64,000 nt of DNA. It comes from Desulfatiglandales bacterium (GTDB lineage Bacteria > Desulfobacterota > DSM-4660 > Desulfatiglandales > Desulfatiglandaceae). A program made the position numbers and the translations under genes. This document shows, in pieces, positions 1 to 9,538 of the stretch. A model generated the notes under the pieces. That model did no database searches and was not told the origin of the DNA. It saw nothing but the letters and a program-made list of their open reading frames with translations. Location of the stretch: NCBI GenBank assembly GCA_963666345.1, contig OY762721.1, positions 1,248,001-1,312,000 on the forward strand, read 5' to 3'. Every line of letters starts with the position of its first letter. The first letter of the stretch is position 1.

Positions 1-543
1 TCCTTCCGAGCCGATATACAGGTACTCAACGATATACTCAAAGCTGAAACCGCAATGTCCCCAATAGCCGGGGATATGTTTTCCAACAAGCGCATAACAC
101 ATGCTGACTAATGCTATAATGGGCAAGATCATTCCGGTCGCACGCCTGGCAGCTTCAAGAACCAAGATGACCAGCAGCAGTCCCATTATTACTTCAGAGG
201 GCATTGCCTGTAGACCCACGCTTTCCATTAATCTGTCATAACTGAATATTACATATGCGCAAAGAAAGGCTGAAGCGCCTGCCAGGATAATATTTAGGAT
301 ACTAGGTCTGTCCTTAAGCCTCTTTTTCTTAGAAAATGGAAATAACAAAAAACAAAGGACCAAACTGAATCCGGCATGTATCGCTCTTTGAATCATATTT
401 GGATATTGACCGAAACCGGCGGTATAGAGTTGAAAAAATACGAATAGGATACAAATGACACCTACGGCCGTGTTCCAAAAAGGTCTATAACCAGCATATT
501 CTTCCGAATTTTCTTCAACTCCACTATTTTTCAAGTTAGCCAT
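1..543 (-). CDS. TRAP transporter fused 4TM/12TM permease, N-terminal part (runs off window start)
   Basis: Manually translated from ATG at 543: MANLKNSG...FQLYTAGFG...QRAIHAGF...LEAARRATG...HIPGYWGHCGFSFEYIVEYLYIGSEG. Hydrophobic, with motifs typical of TAXI-associated fused permeases; directly downstream of a TAXI binding protein. Confidence 0.85.
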   Translation of the reverse strand, partial: MANLKNSGVEENSEEYAGYRPFWNTAVGVICILFVFFQLYTAGFGQYPNMIQRAIHAGFSLVLCFLLFPFSKKKRLKDRPSILNIILAGASAFLCAYVIFSYDRLMESVGLQAMPSEVIMGLLLVILVLEAARRATGMILPIIALVSMCYALVGKHIPGYWGHCGFSFEYIVEYLYIGSEG

Positions 544-689
544 CTAAACACCCCGCCGTCTATTAAAGCTAAGTTTTAATTCAAAGTTATAGAATCTCAA
601 TCTTCATAAACAAAAAATCGGTTATAAAGGGGAAGGTCCCTGAATTGGTTAGTAAAAGTGCCTAAAAAACCCATTTAGGACTCTTAACG

Positions 690-731
690 AAAAAAAGGCG
701 GCCCGAATTTTTTATCTAGGGCCGCCTTTTT
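690..731 (-). terminator. Hairpin with T/A tracts on both sides after the TAXI gene (terminator or mRNA-stabilising stem)
   Basis: AAAAAAGGCGGCCC...GGGCCGCCTTTTT inverted repeat. Confidence 0.65.
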
Positions 732-733
732 AT

Positions 734-1738
734 TTACTTTCCTTCCGGGGGTATAAGGTTATCAGGAATTTTTATTCCAATTTCTCTGAAATATCTTATG
801 GTCCCCATATGCAGCGGGAATTTTGTAAATTTCATCGTCATTTTTGGAATATCAAAGCCTTTCATTGCGGGGTAAGCCGCTTCTTGAAACTTTTTTTCCT
901 CACACAATGTTTTAACTATTGTGTATACTTGATCTTCTGTAATACTGTCGTTGTAGCCGATATATCCTATGCATTGAACCGGGGTTGTATATTCCGGCAC
1001 ATCTTCAGCGGCAACTCCCTCAGGAACCGTAGTAAAATTAAGATAAGGCAGATATTTGTTTACTTGAACGATCTGGTCCTTATTCCAGTCCAATATCCTT
1101 ACTTTTGTAAATGCCCTCAGTTCTTTGGTTGAAGCATCTAGAAAGAGTCCGCCCCCGGCCTTTACATAACCGCATATACGGTTGTCCTTTACCGCCGCAA
1201 CTGCATCAGCAAGACCTCCGCGGTAATATTCCGGCTTTATTCCAAGGCTATCCATAGTTGATTGAACAAGGACTTCACAGGCCGTTCCCCTATATCCGGG
1301 ACAGAACTTTTTGCCTTCCAGTTCTTTCAGCTTTGTAATACCGCTGTCAGCTCTAACGATATAATTCTGGGCATTAAAACTGTAAAGCCAAAGGGCCCTT
1401 GTCTTCTTCCTCGCTCGATCCTTAAATTTTCCCATTCCGTTGTAGGCTTCATAGAATACCGCAAAGGTACCAAGGCCGATTTGCAACTGCCCTCTATTGA
1501 TTCTCTCGAGATTATCGACAGCCCCGCCTGTGGCAACTGTAGTGACATTGAATTCGTCACCATTTACTGTATTGATTGTCTTTCCAGCCGATACAGCATA
1601 AACATAGTGGCTCGAGGAAGTACTGCACGCACCGCTCAATATTCTTACAGGCTCAGCTTGAATAGCAGTTACAGTCATAAAAAACATAAAAGCACTCATC
1701 AGGAATACCAGTTTGATTCTTGGGTGTTTTACATGCAT
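734..1738 (-). CDS. TAXI-family TRAP transporter solute-binding protein
   Basis: Signal peptide, TGGAVDNL and PLHMGTIRYFRE motifs; AAGGAG RBS favours a start at 1738 over 1759. Confidence 0.9.
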   Translation of the reverse strand: MHVKHPRIKLVFLMSAFMFFMTVTAIQAEPVRILSGACSTSSSHYVYAVSAGKTINTVNGDEFNVTTVATGGAVDNLERINRGQLQIGLGTFAVFYEAYNGMGKFKDRARKKTRALWLYSFNAQNYIVRADSGITKLKELEGKKFCPGYRGTACEVLVQSTMDSLGIKPEYYRGGLADAVAAVKDNRICGYVKAGGGLFLDASTKELRAFTKVRILDWNKDQIVQVNKYLPYLNFTTVPEGVAAEDVPEYTTPVQCIGYIGYNDSITEDQVYTIVKTLCEEKKFQEAAYPAMKGFDIPKMTMKFTKFPLHMGTIRYFREIGIKIPDNLIPPEGK

Positions 1739-1871
1739 GCTCGTTCTCCTTTCTTTCATCTAATTCAAAGCTTAAATTTTTATTGCTCCTTCGAAACCAC
1801 TAAGAATTGCCATTTTAAAATATAGAGTCGCGGAATATTCCTCCTATGATATTTGTTAATGAGTCATTTAA

Positions 1872-3188
1872 TCAGATCTTGATATCATTTCTTTCCATTG
1901 CCTCCCGTTCTATCTCCTTTCTGAAATTTGGATGGCATATTTCTAACAATGCCTTTGCCCGTTGACTCATATTTTTTCCTCTTAGTTCTGCGATTCCATA
2001 TTCGGTTACAACATAATCAGCAAGCGTTCTGGGAGTGGTCACACCCGCACCCTTTTTGAGGTTTGCCACTATCCTTGAGAACTTTCCTCTTCCAGCAGTG
2101 GAAGGCATAGCTATTACGAATTTACCACCCTTAGCCAAGGAAGCCCCAAGTGCAAAATCCAGCTGTCCACCCACACCGGTAAAAAGAGTGGAACCGATAC
2201 TTTCCGCACAAATCTGCCCTGTAACATCAACTTCAATGGCTGAGTTTATTGCTATAAATTTGCAATTTTCAGCTATTACTTGCGGGTTATTGGTGTAGCT
2301 AACCTCATGAAACTCGGCTATAGGGTTATCATTAAGAAAATCAAACAATATTTTACTGCCCATAACAAAAGTGGCTATCACCTTGCAGGGGTGAAGAGAC
2401 TTTTTTCTGCCGGTAATTACACCTCTTTTTAAAAGATCCACTATCCCATCACCAAACATCTCCGTATGAATACCGATATCCTTATGATCTTTGAGGCATG
2501 AAAGTATTGCGTTAGGGATTCCACCTATTCCCAGTTGAAGAGTTGACCCATCTTCAATTAGACTCGCGACATTTTTCCCAATCTTGAATTCTACTTCTCC
2601 AAGAATGGGAGAAATGGATTCGTAAAGCGGGTAATCGGATTCAATTATATAATCAAGATCCGATATATGAATTCGAGATCCGGATGTTGATGGGACTTTT
2701 GAATTTATTTCTCCAATGGTAATTTTTGCCATCTTGGCTGCAGTTGGCAGATAAGAAGTACAAATGCCATAACTGCAATACCCATACGAGTCAGGTGGTG
2801 AAAGCTGTAGTAATGCGATATCCGGCTTTACATAACCGTCTTTCATCAAGCGAGGCATCTCCCAATAGCGATTTGGGATGTAATCTGCTCTTCCGTCACA
2901 CATGGCTTTCCGGCTATTAGGACCAAGCATGCATGCGTTATGGAAAAAGCTTTTGGAATAGCACGGCTCTAAATATTCTGCTTCACCCTCGACTCTTACA
3001 TGGGTGATCACCACATTTCTTAGTTCTTCATGTCGCTTTACCAAGGCCTTTATAAATTCCCTTGGCGAGCCGTTTGAATGCCCTGTTATAATCAAGTTAT
3101 TCGATTTTACTAACTGCGCTGCTTCACCTGGGCTGACATAATTACATTTACAATTGAAATTGTGGCTATTTTGCTTGACTAACTTCAT
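1872..3188 (-). CDS. Acetyl-CoA hydrolase/CoA-transferase family protein (4-hydroxybutyrate CoA-transferase-like)
   Basis: TLQLGIGGIPNA, HTEMFGDG (catalytic Glu), GVGGQLDF and VVTEYGIAELRGK motifs. Confidence 0.9.
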   Translation of the reverse strand: MKLVKQNSHNFNCKCNYVSPGEAAQLVKSNNLIITGHSNGSPREFIKALVKRHEELRNVVITHVRVEGEAEYLEPCYSKSFFHNACMLGPNSRKAMCDGRADYIPNRYWEMPRLMKDGYVKPDIALLQLSPPDSYGYCSYGICTSYLPTAAKMAKITIGEINSKVPSTSGSRIHISDLDYIIESDYPLYESISPILGEVEFKIGKNVASLIEDGSTLQLGIGGIPNAILSCLKDHKDIGIHTEMFGDGIVDLLKRGVITGRKKSLHPCKVIATFVMGSKILFDFLNDNPIAEFHEVSYTNNPQVIAENCKFIAINSAIEVDVTGQICAESIGSTLFTGVGGQLDFALGASLAKGGKFVIAMPSTAGRGKFSRIVANLKKGAGVTTPRTLADYVVTEYGIAELRGKNMSQRAKALLEICHPNFRKEIEREAMERNDIKI

Positions 3189-3273
3189 ATAATTCCTCCT
3201 ATTTTTTTCAACTTCAAAGAGGACGACAATAATATATTCATAATATTTACCGTTTATTATGTTTACTTAACAA

Positions 3274-3301
3274 GCGACCCCGCAGCAGGCTGCGGGGTCG
3301 C
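3274..3301. repeat. Perfect GC-rich inverted repeat (REP-like hairpin)
   Basis: GCGACCCCGCAGC-AG-GCTGCGGGGTCGC. Confidence 0.6.
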
Positions 3302-3362
3302 CAGACGCAGCAGCAAATACAGCTCTGGGAAATTGTACCCTATGGGCCAAATATAACTATTA

Positions 3363-4904
3363 TCAGTATGAAGTTGGCCAGCAATGCATAAGGTGTTGTC
3401 CTATTCCATTGGTTTTATAGTTAAAATGATAAGTCAACATATTGATCAACCAATCGCGCGTATGTGCCGGTTCGATAACATCATTAAGGTTGAAAATTCT
3501 AGCTGCATTCCAGGGTTCTTTGTCTAAGTCCATTATCTTCATTTTTTCTGCAAATTTTTCGGGATCATCTTCTTTTTTCATATTATAGACTACGTTTACT
3601 CCCGTTTCAGGCGCCATAAAACTGATTTCGGCACTCGGCCATGCAACGATAGTATCCGAATTTCTTCCGCCACCCATATTCAGGAAGGCCTGACCATAGG
3701 TCTTTCGTACGACAACTGTGAGCTTTGGCACCGTTACGAGGGTAAGGGCATTCATAAAATTGATTATCTTTCCTGTAAGCTTCTTTCTCTCCCCTTCCAC
3801 GCCAACAAGAAATCCCGGAGTATCAACAAACATTAGTATGGGAATGTTATAGGAATCGCATAATACCAGGAAGTTTGTTATCTTCTCGCAGGCATCAGCA
3901 TCAAGGGCACCAGCTCGATGCATAGGGTTGTTCGCAATTATCCCGACAGACTTGCCTCCGATTCGTGCGAGTGTTGTAATTGCCGATCTTGCGAAATTAG
4001 CCTTAAGTTCAAAAAGTTCACTTCCATCGACTATTACCTTCAATATTTTTTTCATATCGTATACACGACTCGGACTTTCAGGAAGATATTTGAGGATGTC
4101 AGGCATTTCTTTTCCCGAACCGGCGGGAACTGGTGCGGTTGGTGGAAGCTGAGACGAATTTGTAGGCAGATAGGACAGAAAGTTTTTTAAAATATCTATA
4201 CATTCCTCATCGGTTTCACCCAGCATGTCCGCCAGGCCCGTAATTTCCGAATGAAGACGCCATCCACCCAGTTCTTCCCAGGGAGTCTCCTCTCCTGTTG
4301 CCAGACATGTAACTTTTGGGCTGGATACCGCCAAGATGGCCCCTTTTTTCATGACTCTAAAATCGGACATCATCGTATACCACGTGGGACTTCCAAAACA
4401 TGGCCCCAGCATCGCGGCAACCCAAGGCGCCTCTCTAAGTCTCTGGTATTGCGTAGGGTCATTACCCAACATGGTTACCATGCCTTTCGAACCCATATTA
4501 TCTGGCATTCTTGCCCCACCGGCTTCTCCCAAAAAGACCAGAGGGATACCTTTTCCGCAAACCATCCTTTTTAGATAACCAACTTTTTTTCCATTGACAC
4601 CGGCACTCGAGGCCCCCAAAACTGTAAGATCACAACTGAGAGATCCGACAGGCCGGCCATCTATTTTGCCAAATCCGATAACCTTCCCATCGCAGGGCGA
4701 CCTGCCTTCCATCGCCTTTTCAGCCGACTCGGTGAAAAGTCCGACTTCCTGAAAAGTATTCTCATCAAGCAGGTAGTCCATGCGCTCTCTTGCATTTAGC
4801 CACCCATTTTCCTTATACTTCTGAAGTTTCTTTTCTCCACCCATTGAAAGTGAATATTCTTTTCTTTCTTCAAATTTTTTCATAGCCGCTTCAAAATTAG
4901 CCAT
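3363..4904 (-). CDS. Biotin-dependent acyl-CoA carboxyltransferase subunit (PccB/MmdA-like)
   Basis: ARERMDYLLD, GGARMPD, CDSYNIPILMFVDTPGFLVG and VVRKTYGQA motifs. Confidence 0.9.
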   Translation of the reverse strand: MANFEAAMKKFEERKEYSLSMGGEKKLQKYKENGWLNARERMDYLLDENTFQEVGLFTESAEKAMEGRSPCDGKVIGFGKIDGRPVGSLSCDLTVLGASSAGVNGKKVGYLKRMVCGKGIPLVFLGEAGGARMPDNMGSKGMVTMLGNDPTQYQRLREAPWVAAMLGPCFGSPTWYTMMSDFRVMKKGAILAVSSPKVTCLATGEETPWEELGGWRLHSEITGLADMLGETDEECIDILKNFLSYLPTNSSQLPPTAPVPAGSGKEMPDILKYLPESPSRVYDMKKILKVIVDGSELFELKANFARSAITTLARIGGKSVGIIANNPMHRAGALDADACEKITNFLVLCDSYNIPILMFVDTPGFLVGVEGERKKLTGKIINFMNALTLVTVPKLTVVVRKTYGQAFLNMGGGRNSDTIVAWPSAEISFMAPETGVNVVYNMKKEDDPEKFAEKMKIMDLDKEPWNAARIFNLNDVIEPAHTRDWLINMLTYHFNYKTNGIGQHLMHCWPTSY

Positions 4905-4934
4905 GGTTATCTCCTTATCTTTTAATCGAGCTGT

Positions 4935-5150
4935 CTAAATTGATACTATTACAGCACCTGTTTCCACTGCATCACCGACACCGCATTTCACTTCACTAAT
5001 CGTGCCACCTTCGAATGCGACTACAGGAATCTCCATCTTCATAGCTTCCATAATTACAACCTCATCTCCTTCGCTGATGCTGTCTCCGGGAGAAACCTTA
5101 ACCTCTATTACCTTTCCTGCCATTGGAGCTGTTATGTCACCCATTTTCAT
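4935..5150 (-). CDS. Biotin carboxyl carrier protein (stand-alone biotinyl domain)
   Basis: APMAGKV and EAMKME biotinylation motif; AGGAGG RBS. Confidence 0.92.
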   Translation of the reverse strand: MKMGDITAPMAGKVIEVKVSPGDSISEGDEVVIMEAMKMEIPVVAFEGGTISEVKCGVGDAVETGAVIVSI

Positions 5151-5275
5151 TACCTCCTATCTAATATAAATTATTAATAATTTCAGATGTTCCACCTACC
5201 TACTGTCTTGCAAGACTATTATGTAAAATATATTGTATAACATTTATGTCAAGCTTTATTTTATTATGATTTTGT

Positions 5276-5292
5276 TGCAAATGATGTGCCAA
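5276..5292 (-). promoter_or_regulatory. Sigma-54 (-24/-12) promoter of the biotin carrier/carboxyltransferase operon
   Basis: Minus strand TTGGCACATCATTTGCA, GG-N10-GC spacing. Confidence 0.7.
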
Positions 5293-5719
5293 CCATTTCG
5301 CCATCCACGCTAACCCGAAAAATCCGATGATATTGAGCCGGTTACGATATCTCCCCTGTTTTATCTCTATTTCCTGCGGAAAAGACTGGTGTCACAAAAT
5401 TTTACGCATTGTAAAGAAAATATTGGCATTCATGCACCTCTACCTCGCATGATCAGCAATACCTTTACCCATTAAAGGAAGACAGCTCTGCCTGACAATA
5501 TCGATAAAAAGCGATTCAAAATCAGAGCATCGGCCGATTGCCGCACGGTTTTTGAAGGAACCATACGGGCATCTTTGATTTCCGGATGGTTCCTGATTAG
5601 TGGGATTGATTAATTAGGGATAATGGTCAGACGTGCTATCTAGCGCACAATCATAAATACTGGGGAGGATTGGATTGATTTTAGGTATACATGAGACTTA
5701 GGAAGCGCTATCCATTAGG

Positions 5720-6388
5720 CTAAAGCACCCATTTGCTATATTTTTTGTAATAATTTAATGCACTTCTTAGATTGTCTCTACGTGCCAGCTCCGCCTTCTC
5801 AGGTTCTTTATCCATAATCGCTTTCAGGACTTTTCTGTGCTCTTCCATCGCAAGCCGCATCCTGCCAGGCAATACAATAAGTCTTCGTTGAACAATTATC
5901 ATTTTGGTAAAAATTAGGTCATTCAATCTGGAAAGCTCATTGTTCCTTGCAGCTGCAAACATCTTGGTTTGAAATTCCGAGACTAGATTGAAATAGGTAT
6001 CCAGGTCATTTTCTTCAACCGCTCGCTCTATTGTTTCTCCAAACTTTCCAGAAAGTTCCTCCCATTCGGATGGATCTGATTTTTCAGCGGCCAATCTGGC
6101 GGCCAAACCCTCAAGGGATTCCCTGACCTGCATTATTTCGATAAGCGAATTGAAATCGATTCTTCTTACAACGGCACCCTTATTAGGTTCTTTTTCCACT
6201 AGGCCCCTGCTCTCCAGATCTATAAGTATTTCCCTGGCGAGCGGCCTGCTGATTTTGAATTCCAGTGTCAGGTCCTGCTCATTCAGTTTTGATCCCGGCA
6301 GATAGATACCCTCAACTATTCGATTCCTCAGCACCTCCGAAACATCGGCTCGATTGTTTTTAACTACATCTTTTTCTTTTTTCTTCAT
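5720..6388 (-). CDS. GntR family transcriptional regulator (FCD domain)
   Basis: PGSKLNEQ..ISRPLAREIL..GLVEKEPNKGAVV HTH and RESLEGLAARLAA; GAGGTG RBS before ATG 6388. Confidence 0.92.
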   Translation of the reverse strand: MKKKEKDVVKNNRADVSEVLRNRIVEGIYLPGSKLNEQDLTLEFKISRPLAREILIDLESRGLVEKEPNKGAVVRRIDFNSLIEIMQVRESLEGLAARLAAEKSDPSEWEELSGKFGETIERAVEENDLDTYFNLVSEFQTKMFAAARNNELSRLNDLIFTKMIIVQRRLIVLPGRMRLAMEEHRKVLKAIMDKEPEKAELARRDNLRSALNYYKKYSKWVL

Positions 6389-6863
6389 TATGCACCTCAA
6401 AGTATATTTTTAATGTGTTACAAATAATACTTGTTTGTTTGTATGTCAACATTGTCTTATAAATGTACAAATCGAAATCAAATTGTTGTCTCAACAAGCT
6501 TGAATCAATTCACAATGCTCTTTTAATCATTTTATCCTCCAGGCCAAAAACAGATCGCTTGGAAAAACCTACAAGATGATCCTGATTCGCTTCTCCTGAA
6601 GCACGAACGATGGAGATTGCAGAATGCCGTTTTTAAAAACCACGCTCATCAAGTACCAAAATTCACCTCCCCGGCTTCCACGAAAAACCTTGCCAATGCC
6701 CCTAATCTTGTTACTACATGGTCCTAAACCGGATTCATTTATATTGACTTTCTGCCCTCTTTTGGGAACTCTTAAGAACCGCCTTATCTATAAAGCATCA
6801 AGCCTTATCGAATCGCAATGGCGGAAAATCACTTTTGGAAAACCACTCTTAAAGGAACGGAAA

Positions 6864-7241
6864 ATGGCAGGTGATAAGAAAAGATCTTCAGGACCCGATC
6901 TGGTCATAACCAGGGCAAGGCGCGAACAGGAGGAGAGGGATAAGACCTACAGGGAAAGGGCACTTAAGATTTTCCCATGGGTGTGCGCCAGATGCGGCCG
7001 CGAATTCAGCGGCAGGAGGCTTCGCGAACTGACGGTTCACCACAAGGATCATGATCACGACAACAATCCCCTTGACGGCAGCAACTGGGAACTCTTGTGT
7101 ATATACTGTCATGATAATGAGCACTCACGCCTGCTGGAGGCCGAATGGACAAGGGATGCTGCACCTGAAAAAGGGAAAAAGAAACCATCCACATACAAGG
7201 CCTTCGCTGATCTTGGAGCCCTGCTGAAAAAGAAGGGGTGA
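6864..7241 (+). CDS. yajD: YajD family HNH nuclease
   Basis: YRERALKIFPWVCARCGREF..LTVHHKDHDHDNNPLDGSNWELLCIYCHDNEHSR; RBS-supported start 6864. Confidence 0.9.
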   Translation: MAGDKKRSSGPDLVITRARREQEERDKTYRERALKIFPWVCARCGREFSGRRLRELTVHHKDHDHDNNPLDGSNWELLCIYCHDNEHSRLLEAEWTRDAAPEKGKKKPSTYKAFADLGALLKKKG

Positions 7242-7476
7242 GTCTATTGCCAGGCTACTGCTGATGTGGTTATAAGATTTGGACAGGGCATATCCGTACC
7301 CGCAGGGAGTGGTTCAACAGGCTCCCTGATGCAGGCAATATCGGAATCAAAGAGTGCCCTCAATATGGAAAACCTTCAGAATGGAAGAATTTGATTCGAT
7401 GTAACGGGTCAATGCCTATATCGGGCAATGGACCCGTTTCATGATCAGAGCCTTTAATGAACGGAGGATTTCAAAA

Positions 7477-8811
7477 ATGTTCGAAAAGGACACCCTCAAA
7501 ATTCTTGAAAAGGCCCTTTATAAGCTGGAAGAAGGATTCAAAGAACTGCCCCAGGCGGATCAAAGTTTTGATCTGAATGGAATCGAAAAAGTCACGATGC
7601 AGGTAGCGGAAATCATGCATGATAATTACCCCTACTTTCATCCCTTTTACGCGGGTCAAATGCTGAAGCCCCCGCACCCGGTGGCGCGCATCGCGTATAT
7701 GCTTTCTCTCTGGATCAACCCCAATAACCACGCCCTTGACGGAGGACGGGCCAGTTCAAGGCTCGAAAAAGAGGCGGTAAAAGAGATTGCCCGACTGTTC
7801 GGATGGGATACCTTTCTGGGCCACCTGACAGGTGGAGGCACAATGGCCAATATGGAGGCACTCTGGATTTCAGGCAAAGTGGAACCGGGAAAGAAGGTGG
7901 TAGCCTCCGAGCAGGCACACTATACCCATAAACGCATCTCCGAGGTGCTGGGGCTGCCCTTTGAATCGATCTCCTGCAATGAGACGGGAAGGATGGATCT
8001 AGAATCCCTTAAAGGGATCCTCGACAGTAACGACGTAGGCACGGTAGTTGCGACCATAGGAACAACAGGCACAGGATCGGTCGATCCCCTGGCCGAGATA
8101 ATCGAACTCAAAAAAGAGTATGGTTTCAGGCTTCACGCCGATGCGGCTTATGGAGGCTATTTCATACTTGTGGACAATCTGGACCCTATTACAAAAAGTG
8201 CATACGACTGCCTTGGCGGGGCCGACTCCATTGTAATTGACCCACACAAACATGGACTGCAGCCTTACGGGTGCGGCTGTATCCTGTACAGGGACCCTGA
8301 GGTGGGCAGGTTTTACAAACATGATTCCCCATACACATATTTCACATCCTCGGACCTGCACCTGGGTGAAATCAGTCTTGAATGCTCAAGGGCAGGGGCT
8401 TCGGCCGTAGCACTGTGGGCAACCCAGAAGCTGCTGCCTCTTGTGAGAAACGGCCAGTTCGCAAGTGGTCTTTCCAAATCCCGCCAGGCAGCTACCAGGC
8501 TGTTTGAGAAGATAAAATCGGACAGTCGTTTCAGGACCATCTTTCCTCCTGAACTCGACATAGTGGTATGGGCACCTGACGGAAAAAGTGCCGGCCGGAT
8601 TTCCGATCGCTCAGAGGATATGTTTCGAGCCCTGGGAAAGGACAACCTTCATCTGGCAACCTTCAGATATCCCTCTTCGATGCTTCGAAAAAAATGGAAA
8701 GACGTGGATCTTGACCGGCACGACGTAACATGCCTCAGGTCATGCCTGATGAAACCTGAGCATGACGACTGGATCGAAAGCATATGGGAGAAGATTGAAC
8801 AGGCAGTCTGA
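7477..8811 (+). CDS. PLP-dependent group II amino acid decarboxylase family protein
   Basis: GGTMANMEAL, GTTGTGSVDP, HADAAYGG and DPHK (PLP lysine); GGAGG RBS before 7477. Confidence 0.88.
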   Translation: MFEKDTLKILEKALYKLEEGFKELPQADQSFDLNGIEKVTMQVAEIMHDNYPYFHPFYAGQMLKPPHPVARIAYMLSLWINPNNHALDGGRASSRLEKEAVKEIARLFGWDTFLGHLTGGGTMANMEALWISGKVEPGKKVVASEQAHYTHKRISEVLGLPFESISCNETGRMDLESLKGILDSNDVGTVVATIGTTGTGSVDPLAEIIELKKEYGFRLHADAAYGGYFILVDNLDPITKSAYDCLGGADSIVIDPHKHGLQPYGCGCILYRDPEVGRFYKHDSPYTYFTSSDLHLGEISLECSRAGASAVALWATQKLLPLVRNGQFASGLSKSRQAATRLFEKIKSDSRFRTIFPPELDIVVWAPDGKSAGRISDRSEDMFRALGKDNLHLATFRYPSSMLRKKWKDVDLDRHDVTCLRSCLMKPEHDDWIESIWEKIEQAV

Positions 8812-8876
8812 TTTGGTGATCGATTCTTTCGCGGACAGACTTTAACTATAACCCCTTCATACAGGTGTAAGAAAAG

Positions 8877-9497
8877 ATGGACCTTCCCTTTACCTTGATA
8901 AGCGTCTCTTTGATATGGATGATAGCAGTAATTACCCCCGGCCCCAATTTTTTTATCACCCTTCAAACGGCTATCAGCAGAACCAGGCGCTCCGCCCTTA
9001 TCGTGGCAGTTGGAATCTGTACCGGCACCGTAATATGGGGGATTGCCGGATTCTTCGGCATATCCGTCCTCTTTTCCGCCTCCCCCCTTGCCTACCTCTG
9101 TCTCAAACTTATCGGGGGGGGCTATCTGATTTATCTGGGTGTCAGGCTTTTTATCTCAAAGGCAGATGAGGACTCGACGGGACAAGATCTGCATCCAAAG
9201 GATATGAAGCCCTTTCAGGCCTTCAGGAGAGGAATCGTCACCAACCTTTCAAATCCAAAGGCAGCGGCATTTGTCGCCGGTCTTTTCGCCGCCACAATGC
9301 CTCCTGATGCACCTGCATGGTTGGGCCTTCTAACAACTGCCATAATGGTAACCATCTCCTTTGCATGGTATGCAGCGGTTGCCTCTCTTTTTTCGTTAGA
9401 CAGATTCAAGGCCGTTTATAATAGATCCGTTACCCGGATCAACAGGATCTCAGGGGCCATCTTTACGGGCTTCGGGCTGAAGCTGGCGGCGGATTAG
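8877..9497 (+). CDS. LysE/RhtB family translocator
   Basis: ITPGPNFF, GGGYLIYLG and TNLSNPKA motifs; about six TM helices. Confidence 0.92.
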   Translation: MDLPFTLISVSLIWMIAVITPGPNFFITLQTAISRTRRSALIVAVGICTGTVIWGIAGFFGISVLFSASPLAYLCLKLIGGGYLIYLGVRLFISKADEDSTGQDLHPKDMKPFQAFRRGIVTNLSNPKAAAFVAGLFAATMPPDAPAWLGLLTTAIMVTISFAWYAAVASLFSLDRFKAVYNRSVTRINRISGAIFTGFGLKLAAD

Positions 9498-9538
9498 TTT
9501 ACATTCGGAGGGACGGATTCACCCGGGCATTGATCCGG

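Noticed and set aside
6624..6863. 80-aa N-terminal extension of the YajD ORF
   Set aside because: Family similarity begins after MAGDKK, which has an AAGGA RBS; the extension looks non-coding
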